Both the position numbers and the translations under genes were made by a program. The notes under the pieces are model-generated. The model was given only the letters and a program-made list of their open reading frames with translations. It did not search any database and was not told the DNA's origin. Shown here one piece after another: positions 21,774 to 30,080 of a stretch of DNA of 64,000 bases. Position 1 is the first letter of the stretch, and each line of letters opens with the position of its first letter. The stretch is from Spizellomyces punctatus DAOM BR117 (lineage: Eukaryota): assembly GCA_000182565.2 (NCBI GenBank), contig KQ257451.1. One strand, 5' to 3'.

Positions 21774-22241
21774 CTACACTACTACTACACTCGCAGTTGC
21801 GTTGGACGTCTGACAAGGTGCATCACTTTTTGTTGTTTTTGATGAAGAGGGGACCGTGTCAACGATCAGGATCCCTACCGGTTCTGACGACGTTGGTGTG
21901 GTGGTGGTGGTGGTGGTAGTGGTTGCCGTCATGTTGTGTGTGCACGTGGACACCACTGTGGTGGGGGCCGAGCAAGTGGCGGATCTGGTGGAAGTGATCA
22001 ACTGCGTGAAGATGAAGGTACTGAACTTGGTCGTCGTAGATGTGGCAGTAGCGGTCGCGGTTGTGGTTTCTGTAGAGGTTCGATTAGGAGCACAAAACGT
22101 GAACGCAACGCATTCACGATTGAGGGGTAACGTCACGGCAGGCAGAAGGGCCGTACTAGCGTTCGTGCTGGCATTTTGGCCCACCGCAGCCCTAGCAGAG
22201 AGTACGATGGAGGAAATGAGGAACAGGAGACACTGCATCAT
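21774..22241 (-). CDS. Viral secreted Thr-rich (mucin-like) protein
   Basis: Signal-peptide-like MMQCLLFLISSIVLSARA, poly-Thr runs, several NxS/T sequons, spaced Cys. Confidence 0.6.
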   Translation of the reverse strand: MMQCLLFLISSIVLSARAAVGQNASTNASTALLPAVTLPLNRECVAFTFCAPNRTSTETTTATATATSTTTKFSTFIFTQLITSTRSATCSAPTTVVSTCTHNMTATTTTTTTTTPTSSEPVGILIVDTVPSSSKTTKSDAPCQTSNATASVVVV

Positions 22242-22266
22242 GGAGGAATTATCGATAGTATAGGGT

Positions 22267-22539
22267 TCACATAAAAATGCGACGTTTAAAGTTGTAAAAA
22301 TCGCGATCGCTGATGAGTTTGACGTGGTTACCGTCGACGAGGACATGTTCTTTTAAACCTGCGAGGTCAAGGCGAACGCGCAATTCGTTTCCAACCTTGG
22401 TGGCTGTGACAGGGTCAGGGAGCGTCCAGCACCTCACGAGGGCGCGTACTGTACAGCCTGTATCTTCGGCCAACGCGACTGCGAAAGCCGAGTCGATGGT
22501 TTTGCGAGCAATGTGGGCAAGGTTGCGACGGAAGAACAT
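22267..22539 (-). CDS. Viral hypothetical protein (90 aa)
   Basis: ATG 22539 with minus-strand TATAAA at 22583-22588. Confidence 0.5.
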   Translation of the reverse strand: MFFRRNLAHIARKTIDSAFAVALAEDTGCTVRALVRCWTLPDPVTATKVGNELRVRLDLAGLKEHVLVDGNHVKLISDRDFYNFKRRIFM

Positions 22540-22612
22540 GGTTGGGTTGTCTGGTGTGAGGAGTGAGGGGCGAGACGAGCGTTTTATAGACTTTCTTTTA
22601 GTGTATAGTCAG

Positions 22613-23404
22613 TCATGCGTCGGTGGTGTTCAGCTGTGTAAACAAGGCGCTCAACTGTTTGTTGTGTAGTTCTGTGTACGTCCATGGAATTGTATATGGA
22701 GGAGTAACACCATGAAGGTCGAGAATGGCCAAGCAAACAAATAACATTTTTGGGAACCGTTTCCGCTTGAGATCCAGATGTTTATGCTGGAAGGCGTGAT
22801 GAACCCGCGTAAACATGCGCTGCACAGAGTTCATGGTGTGGTCGGGCGGATGGGGCCACGAAGCGCCGCCCATTGAGCGTATGATGGCGGGGATGGACAA
22901 ATACAGTGGCTGTAGTTTGGCTGCTCGTAAGGCGTCCCGCACCTTGATGTAAACATCAGGACGGTTCACAGCCCCGTCACCCCCAATGTGGGCTTTCAGT
23001 TCAGCTAGAAAAGAGGCGTCGAAGGGCCCGCCCATGAACCCCAGCGTGTGATAGAGTGTCCACCGGAAAATGTACGGCCGACTGTAAATATGTTTGTGTG
23101 TTTTACGCACGCGCCCCCAGTCCGATGGATCGAGGGCGATGGGCCGAGCGGTTTCTCTGGATTCGTAGACAATGTACTCATTGTAACCATACTGTTCAGG
23201 TATATCGAGATCGAGCTGATCGGACGAGAAGATGGGTAAAGGTTCGGCGTAAGTGTCGCGCTCGTAAGCGATCGGTGTGTCCGGAAGTCTGTCCGGAGTC
23301 TCCTGCGCCACATCTTTATGTTGCCATGGATACAGATCTTTGAATTGGACAGGGTCCACATGGACCCCACATGATGCGAGTAACTGGAGGTAGGTGTCCG
23401 CCAT
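22613..23404 (-). CDS. VLTF3-like (poxvirus A2-like) late transcription factor
   Basis: Pattern HIYSRPYIFRWTL..VRDALRAAKLQPLYLSIPAII..FTRVHHAF..KRKRFPKMLFVCLAILDLHG follows VLTF3 motif spacing. Confidence 0.7.
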   Translation of the reverse strand: MADTYLQLLASCGVHVDPVQFKDLYPWQHKDVAQETPDRLPDTPIAYERDTYAEPLPIFSSDQLDLDIPEQYGYNEYIVYESRETARPIALDPSDWGRVRKTHKHIYSRPYIFRWTLYHTLGFMGGPFDASFLAELKAHIGGDGAVNRPDVYIKVRDALRAAKLQPLYLSIPAIIRSMGGASWPHPPDHTMNSVQRMFTRVHHAFQHKHLDLKRKRFPKMLFVCLAILDLHGVTPPYTIPWTYTELHNKQLSALFTQLNTTDA

Positions 23405-23496
23405 AGGGCAATGACAAGACTGCCAGTGTGTGCAGTTGGTATTTATAGGCGATGGATATGTTGTATTGGATGATATGTAGAGTGTACCTAAGCATT

Positions 23497-26400
23497 TTAC
23501 AATTCCCTATCATCATAATAACAGCGTGTCACTTCTATAATATGCTCGTAATTTGTGTCAGCGGATGATTTTGCACAGGTGTTGGTGCCGCTTACTACGA
23601 GTTTGACATTATATGTTGTGGTACTATCCAGTTTGGCTGATTCACTGAACTCGAGATGTTGAAAACTTCCGTTTACAAACGATCGATAATAATCTGGGCT
23701 CACAGCTGAATAAACACACGTAGGATCTGAAGCCCCAGCGCTCGACGATGTAATGGCGAGGTGCGCAGTGATATACCCCGTAGCCGTGCCAACCGCAAGC
23801 CATTTGAATGTCATCGTGTATAAACCCGTTGTAGGTACGGCGAAAAAGACGCTGCTTGATGAGTTAACAAACAATCCGCTGCCATTCGTTGTGTCTGTGG
23901 CCCCTATCACACGTTTGACGATTTTTCCGCTATTAACACTATTCACCCACGCCTGAGTCGCCACGATGTTGGTTCCACTCATGTACAAATTACCACCAGC
24001 ATATAGAGCTCCACCTACGCCCACACCGCCCGGAACCACAAAAGCTCCTGTAGATGTGGATGTAGAGGCTGTGGTGCTATCCAACGATATATTTCCAGTA
24101 GTAGCTGCAATGGTGAGCCCCTTAGCACCTGTAGCTTGAATGCGTGTATTTCCAGTATCATTGCGCAGGGTCAAGGTATTCACTCCACCATCCGCCGAGC
24201 GAGCGGAACCGTTTTTGAACAAGGTGGCGAAATTGGTTCCATCTCCCAATGCAACTTCAGCGTACGAGTTGCTTGCGCTGATGACTTGTGTATTTCCATC
24301 GAATACTGTGGCACCGGTGGTTTCTGCAATGGTCAGTCCTTTTCCACCTTTAGATTGGATTTTAATTTTTCCGGCACCATTTTGAAGCATTAAACCGTTG
24401 GTCCCAGCCCCACCCGTGTTGGTAGACGAGTTAAATAACAAATATGCTCCAATAGCCGTATCATTTTCAAACCCGATAAACGTTGTCGCAGATGTACCGT
24501 TTGATTTGTTTTTAACCAAAAACGTGCGTTGGCCGTTCACCGAGGTGCTCCCCAATGTATAGAAATTCACATCCAAGGTAGGTGTTGTGCTGCTCAACGC
24601 CGTCAAGTTGGTGTTAAGTGGTTGTTTTCCAGCTAGGCTGCTATCCACATAACTTAACGCAACCAACGGGTCCACCCCGTCCTGAAGCATCTGCCCATAA
24701 AACTCTACATCGCCATAGAACCGTGATGTCGATCCACTACCCACATCCAGTTTAGGTAATGAAGGATTCGCCCCACTCAGACTGGTCAGGTTGGTGTTAA
24801 GTGGTTGTTTCGTGGCTAGCGCTGTAACCACATAGTCAGTTCCAACTAGAGGATCTGTACCGTCGAGCAGAACCTGCCCGTAAAACGCAACGTCGCCATA
24901 GAATGTTGATGTATCCCCAGCACCAACTTCCAGTTTAGGTAGTGTAGGTGTAGCCCCACTCAGGTTGGTGAGATTGGTGTTGAGCGGTTGTTTACCGGCT
25001 AGCCCACTTGTCAATGCAGAGTTGGTGGCATAGTCCCCCGTAGGTTGTTTCGTCGCTAACCCGTTGGCCAGCGCCGTGTTTGTGGCATAATCCCCAGCAT
25101 CTTGTTTCGTAGCTAAACCGTTCGTCAATGCCGAGTTTGTGGCGTAGTCACCAGCATCTTGTTTGGTGGCTACAGCCACATCCACATACTGTCTCGTAGC
25201 TAACGGAAGAGGGTAATCTGGATTCAATGTGACGATAACCCCATCCCCAGCCAGATCCACGTATTCCTGGGTAGCCACTTGTTTGCTGCCTTCAGCTGTG
25301 ACTGTGCCAGTCACCGTCAAGTCACCTGTCAGCGTAGGTGTTGCACCACTCAAGCCTGTTAAATTGGTGTTGAGAGGTTGGCGAGTCGCTAACCCGTTGG
25401 TTAGGGCGGTGTTGGTTGCATAATCACCAACAGCCTGTTTCGTCGCGAGACCAGTATCCACATATTCTCGTGTGGCGAGTTGTTTACCCCCTTCTGCAGA
25501 AGCGGTTCCCGTAGCAGCTATGGTTCCGTCAAATGTGGCGTTTCCAGTGGTAGGCGCAATCGTCATACCTTTACCACCTGTAGCTTGCACTCGTGTGGTA
25601 CCCGTATCATTGCGCAGGGTCAGGGTGTTCACCCCACCATCCGCAGAACGAGCGGAACCGTTCTTGAACAAGGTGGCCATGTTGGTTCCATCCCCCAATG
25701 CAACTTCTGCGTATGAGTTGGTTGCACTGATTGCTAACAACTGGGTGGATTGTATATTCCCATCTAACGTCATGTTGCCGGTGGTTTCTGCAATGGTCAG
25801 GCCTTTTCCGCCTTTCGATTGGATTTGAATTTTTCCGGCATCGTTTCGCAGTCGTAAACCATTCGCCCCAACACCGCTCGTGTTGGTAGACGAGTTGAAA
25901 AGCAAATACGAACCAAGAGCCGTATCATTTTCAAAACCAATAAAGGATGACGCGCCAGTGCCTGTCGATTTATTTTTCACCAGAAACGTACGTTGACTGT
26001 TCAACGGGGTGCCCCCCAATGTGAATGTATTCACATCCAGAGAAGGGGCGGTGTTACTCAAGCTGGTCAAGTTGACATGGAGGGGTTGTTTTCCGGCTAG
26101 ACCACTCGTCAACGCTGTGTTTGTGGCATAGTCGCCCGTAGGCTGTTTCGTGGCCAATCCTGTATCCACATAATTGGTTAATGCGGTCGTTGTGGCTTGC
26201 AAATACGGCGTGACCAGTCCAGGGAATTTGGTGGAGACGTAACGACGCAAGTAATCGAAATTCACAGCTTGCTCTGCTTCTATCAAATCCAGATTCGTGG
26301 ATGCGCAGGGTGGTGTGTCAAACAATAACCGCGTACAACCCCCCGTGTCATCGCCATAATCTGAAGCTGCGATAACTACTTGAGAGTTGGGAACCAGCAC

Positions 26401-28869
26401 ATAGTTACCATCTCCATCAGTTTCCCATACAGGATTCCCCTCCCCATCTACAACAGGTGCACCGTTTTCATCTTCTTCTTGTTTACGCCGATGGGCATAT
26501 CCAAAGACCGCGATCCAGCCGGCGGCCGCCACTGCCGGCCCGAACAATGCTGGAACCAGACCAGTGCCTGGCGCTGGTGAGACAGGCCCCAGTAACCCAC
26601 CAGAAATCGGTGCCACTGCCGCAGCAGGGCCAGACACACTGACCGTGTTGCTAGACCCGTCGGCTTGCTCGGTCACATCCTCATCGTTGTTTTCTTCCGT
26701 GTCGTCATCGTCCGCTGTTTTGACGCCTGTGGCAGAAATCACATTCCCAGTGATGGTGATACCTGGCCCGGGGATGTAGCCCTGAATCACACCCCCCAAA
26801 ACAGTAATTCCGTTTGTACCGGTGTACGACCCCTGAATATTGCTACCCACAACAGACACACCGCTGGATCCTGTGTAGGCTCCTTGGATACTGCTCCCAC
26901 TGACAGTGACACCATTGGTCCCCGTATAGGAGCCTTCAATATTTCCCCCGTTGACAGTGACACCGTTAGACCCGGTATAGACTCCTTTGATCGTATCTCC
27001 GTCCACGGCCACGCCATCAGAACCTGAATATGCCCCTCGAAACTCATTCTCTACACGCGTGACACCGTTGCTTGCGGTAAGAATGTCTTTGACAGTGACC
27101 GTGTCGCTGTTGGTCTCTATGACAAGCCCGCCTTCAGCATATAGGTCTAACAGCACTTCGTGATCGCTATTTTCAAACAAGCCCCTCGTAAACGTCCGTG
27201 TGTCTCGAATTTTATTCACCTCTACCATTTCGAGAGCGCCCTCCACTTGGAGAGCCAATTGAATGTCATTATTCGTGCCTGACCGGACTTGTAACCCGTT
27301 GATGGGCTGAAAATTCAACCCTGACGCAATCTTGTCTTCAACGATGCGAATGGTGCTGCCGTCCACGAGAGGGGATGGGTTAACAGCAACATTATTGTTA
27401 CTGTCTATCTGTAGCGATGCAGCACACCTCACACTCAGTTCACGGCGACCATTGACTTCAGCCGAAACGTCAATGCCGCCAGCTTGCTTGGCTTGGATGA
27501 ACTGAGCCAGAAAGCCTTTGGTGACCGCATAATTGTCTTGGCTTGGGGAAAAGCTGAACCTCGAGGCCAATTGCACGTCGTCCAAATCCAGACGGTTAAA
27601 CGTTTCGTTGTAGGTGAAATTAGGCCGTGACTGTAGACCGTTAAACACCCCAAAGTAAGGAATACGCCCATTCCCGTGTGTTTTCATTTCGAGTTGACCA
27701 TTCGTTTGCGTGAAATCATTGGAAGCCATCAACCGGAGAACCGTAATGTCAGTGTCACCCAGAAACGTAAACAAATCGGTCAGGGTGGAGAATCCCAAAT
27801 CCAACAAATCGCCTGGCAACAGGGCGGACAGTTCCGTTAAACCGGATGTGCTACGCAGGGCCCCAAGGGGTTTCAAAATATTGGTGATGTTGGTTTCCAA
27901 TTTTCCGTCATCGTTCACCTTGAGCGATTTGTGGAGATCTAGAGCCAACTGTTCTTGGTCCACTTTGAATGGGGTCTTTGACCTCAACCGTACATGGGTG
28001 GTTGAACTCTCGCCTGGTGTAGTCTCATAATACTGTAAAGGTGGGTCCAATGCGTTGGCTGTGCGAACCACCGTTAACTGGTTGTTGATATCCACGAACA
28101 ACGTGGCTGGGTCCGTGTCGAGCGAGATATCGATGGTGTCCCCTGCACGTACAGCATCGAGAGGGGGGTTGGCTGTGACACCTTTGACCAGACCGCCAAA
28201 ATCCGCATACAGTTCGTTGGTCGCATCATCGACTTTCAATGTATCATCGTCAATGTTGAGTGATATTGCAATGTTGTCACCTGTCCTCTGGGTTTCGAGA
28301 GGTGTGCTGCTTGACACCTGTTTAACCAGACCGTCAAAATCAGCATACAACACTTTTGTAGTATCATCCACTTTCAATGTCAACTCGTCAATGTTGAGTG
28401 ACAGGTCAATGTTGTCTCCTGTCCTTTGAGCTTCCAGAGGATCCTGTGCGGTGACGCCTTTCACTAACCCGTCGAAATCCGCGTACAATTCTCCAGTATC
28501 TTCATCCACTTTTAATGTCAATTCGTCGAACGCCAGCCCGACTGTAGTGGTTTCGTTGGGCTCATCAAACACTTGCGTGATGGGTGCAGTGGCCAAGATA
28601 TCTTTTACGATTTTCCCCGCGGCCGACCACCATAACGTTCCCGTCCACACTTCCACCCGGTTTGTGTCGGTATTGAAAATGACCGTTCCTCTTTTCACAT
28701 GGCTCAATGCATCTCTCCCTGCGGTGGTGAACCGTCGCAAAGTTAATCCTGGCGCGATACTGTTGGGGGTATTGACAACGACATCATCTTCTACGTTCAC
28801 ACTGTCAAAGACCGCATCGTCTGAACCTGTGAGGGTCTTGCTGGAGGGGAACGGTCTTGCTCGTGCCAT
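23497..28869 (-). CDS. Large fibre/spike protein (1790 aa) with several repeat types
   Basis: 46-aa beta repeats, 17-aa YTGxxGVxVxGxxI repeats, ATxxYVD and KQPLNTNLT tail-fibre-like repeats, a duplicated ~170-aa module, and a C-terminal beta head (FAVPTTGLYTMTF). Confidence 0.8.
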   Translation of the reverse strand: MARARPFPSSKTLTGSDDAVFDSVNVEDDVVVNTPNSIAPGLTLRRFTTAGRDALSHVKRGTVIFNTDTNRVEVWTGTLWWSAAGKIVKDILATAPITQVFDEPNETTTVGLAFDELTLKVDEDTGELYADFDGLVKGVTAQDPLEAQRTGDNIDLSLNIDELTLKVDDTTKVLYADFDGLVKQVSSSTPLETQRTGDNIAISLNIDDDTLKVDDATNELYADFGGLVKGVTANPPLDAVRAGDTIDISLDTDPATLFVDINNQLTVVRTANALDPPLQYYETTPGESSTTHVRLRSKTPFKVDQEQLALDLHKSLKVNDDGKLETNITNILKPLGALRSTSGLTELSALLPGDLLDLGFSTLTDLFTFLGDTDITVLRLMASNDFTQTNGQLEMKTHGNGRIPYFGVFNGLQSRPNFTYNETFNRLDLDDVQLASRFSFSPSQDNYAVTKGFLAQFIQAKQAGGIDVSAEVNGRRELSVRCAASLQIDSNNNVAVNPSPLVDGSTIRIVEDKIASGLNFQPINGLQVRSGTNNDIQLALQVEGALEMVEVNKIRDTRTFTRGLFENSDHEVLLDLYAEGGLVIETNSDTVTVKDILTASNGVTRVENEFRGAYSGSDGVAVDGDTIKGVYTGSNGVTVNGGNIEGSYTGTNGVTVSGSSIQGAYTGSSGVSVVGSNIQGSYTGTNGITVLGGVIQGYIPGPGITITGNVISATGVKTADDDDTEENNDEDVTEQADGSSNTVSVSGPAAAVAPISGGLLGPVSPAPGTGLVPALFGPAVAAAGWIAVFGYAHRRKQEEDENGAPVVDGEGNPVWETDGDGNYVLVPNSQVVIAASDYGDDTGGCTRLLFDTPPCASTNLDLIEAEQAVNFDYLRRYVSTKFPGLVTPYLQATTTALTNYVDTGLATKQPTGDYATNTALTSGLAGKQPLHVNLTSLSNTAPSLDVNTFTLGGTPLNSQRTFLVKNKSTGTGASSFIGFENDTALGSYLLFNSSTNTSGVGANGLRLRNDAGKIQIQSKGGKGLTIAETTGNMTLDGNIQSTQLLAISATNSYAEVALGDGTNMATLFKNGSARSADGGVNTLTLRNDTGTTRVQATGGKGMTIAPTTGNATFDGTIAATGTASAEGGKQLATREYVDTGLATKQAVGDYATNTALTNGLATRQPLNTNLTGLSGATPTLTGDLTVTGTVTAEGSKQVATQEYVDLAGDGVIVTLNPDYPLPLATRQYVDVAVATKQDAGDYATNSALTNGLATKQDAGDYATNTALANGLATKQPTGDYATNSALTSGLAGKQPLNTNLTNLSGATPTLPKLEVGAGDTSTFYGDVAFYGQVLLDGTDPLVGTDYVVTALATKQPLNTNLTSLSGANPSLPKLDVGSGSTSRFYGDVEFYGQMLQDGVDPLVALSYVDSSLAGKQPLNTNLTALSSTTPTLDVNFYTLGSTSVNGQRTFLVKNKSNGTSATTFIGFENDTAIGAYLLFNSSTNTGGAGTNGLMLQNGAGKIKIQSKGGKGLTIAETTGATVFDGNTQVISASNSYAEVALGDGTNFATLFKNGSARSADGGVNTLTLRNDTGNTRIQATGAKGLTIAATTGNISLDSTTASTSTSTGAFVVPGGVGVGGALYAGGNLYMSGTNIVATQAWVNSVNSGKIVKRVIGATDTTNGSGLFVNSSSSVFFAVPTTGLYTMTFKWLAVGTATGYITAHLAITSSSAGASDPTCVYSAVSPDYYRSFVNGSFQHLEFSESAKLDSTTTYNVKLVVSGTNTCAKSSADTNYEHIIEVTRCYYDDREL
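28075..28560 (-). repeat. 138-bp (46-aa) tandem repeats within the fibre gene
   Basis: AATC(C/A)GC(A/G)TACA recurs at about 28200, 28338 and 28476. Confidence 0.85.
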
Positions 28870-28913
28870 GATAATTATTGTATGAAAACATATAATTAAA
28901 CGATACTCTGACC

Positions 28914-30029
28914 ATGGGTAAATCGTGTTGTACGAGTTGTTTACGCCCAGGCGGAGGAGGAGGAACCTGCCATAAACGCCCGGTCGTCAGGTTCGCCCCC
29001 GTCGATCGTACGCCCACGTACCCAAAATCCAGTGTTGTCACGGGGGCCATCCCGCCTATGGGCGGTGTTGTGGGTAACGAAGGCGTGAAAGCCACCTCTG
29101 GAGCCGACATTGCCGAATGGGTCCTTCCTGAACATCGCCCTATTGCCGCCATGGTGTTTGGACTCTTGTACCAGAAACGGCTCAAGGACGTGGATGGGTA
29201 CCTCCTCCAACCGATGGAATCCCTGCGTGTTGGCGTATGGTACAACCGCGTCAAACACCATACGGTTGTCGGGTTGCGGGGCACCTTGCTAGGCGCTCAA
29301 GGCGGTTTACAAGACCTGAAAGACGACGGCGTGGTGAGCGGACTCTTGGGCGGCGCGAGTTGTGATTTAGGGATTGTGAAGGAAGCCACTACGGTCATGG
29401 ACACTGTGATGGCGGCCTCCCACTTGAGGACCAGTTGGATTACCGTGGCGGGATTTTCCTTGGGCGGCAGTGCAGCCATGTGTTTAGGCAACATGTACCC
29501 CCATGTCGAAGTGGTCAGTTTTGCTGGAGGGGCTCCTGCTACGCAGCCTACGTTGGTAGGGCCAGGCCCCGATCGAGCGATCCACTACCATGTCGTTGGC
29601 GATTTGGTGAGCAGCCATATGAGTCCCGCTGCGGCTACGGTCGTGAGAGTGGATAAAGGGTTCACCGACTTTTCGGTGGTCAAACACCATTCCAGCGACC
29701 GGTTTCTGCGGGCGGATTGGGCAGGGCGGCGGGTAGACGCCGACTTTGAAGATCAGTTGTTTCTGGCATGGGCCCGCGGTGACAACCGTAGTACGGCTGG
29801 AAAAGTGTCTACATGGGTGAAACAGGGATTGATCTCGTTACTGCCCTCGCCTTTACGCACAGTCGCCGGGATGGTCGACTCCCAAGTAGACGCTACGTTC
29901 GCTCGCGTGGCCGAGTCTTCGCCTATCCCAGGCAGCACGCGGTTCCTCCAGACTCAAGGGGACCCGTTCACCCTAGCAACCGAATTTGATAAAGATGATG
30001 AAGACGACGAAAGTGGAGAAGTACTTTAG
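28914..30029 (+). CDS. Lipase (class 3 alpha/beta hydrolase)
   Basis: VVGLRGT, nucleophile elbow VAGFSLGG, GDLVS (Asp), KHHSS (His). Confidence 0.85.
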   Translation: MGKSCCTSCLRPGGGGGTCHKRPVVRFAPVDRTPTYPKSSVVTGAIPPMGGVVGNEGVKATSGADIAEWVLPEHRPIAAMVFGLLYQKRLKDVDGYLLQPMESLRVGVWYNRVKHHTVVGLRGTLLGAQGGLQDLKDDGVVSGLLGGASCDLGIVKEATTVMDTVMAASHLRTSWITVAGFSLGGSAAMCLGNMYPHVEVVSFAGGAPATQPTLVGPGPDRAIHYHVVGDLVSSHMSPAAATVVRVDKGFTDFSVVKHHSSDRFLRADWAGRRVDADFEDQLFLAWARGDNRSTAGKVSTWVKQGLISLLPSPLRTVAGMVDSQVDATFARVAESSPIPGSTRFLQTQGDPFTLATEFDKDDEDDESGEVL

Positions 30030-30080
30030 CCATAAAAGGAAATGTAAATTATGTGTAACAATATATTACTGTGAAAAACA

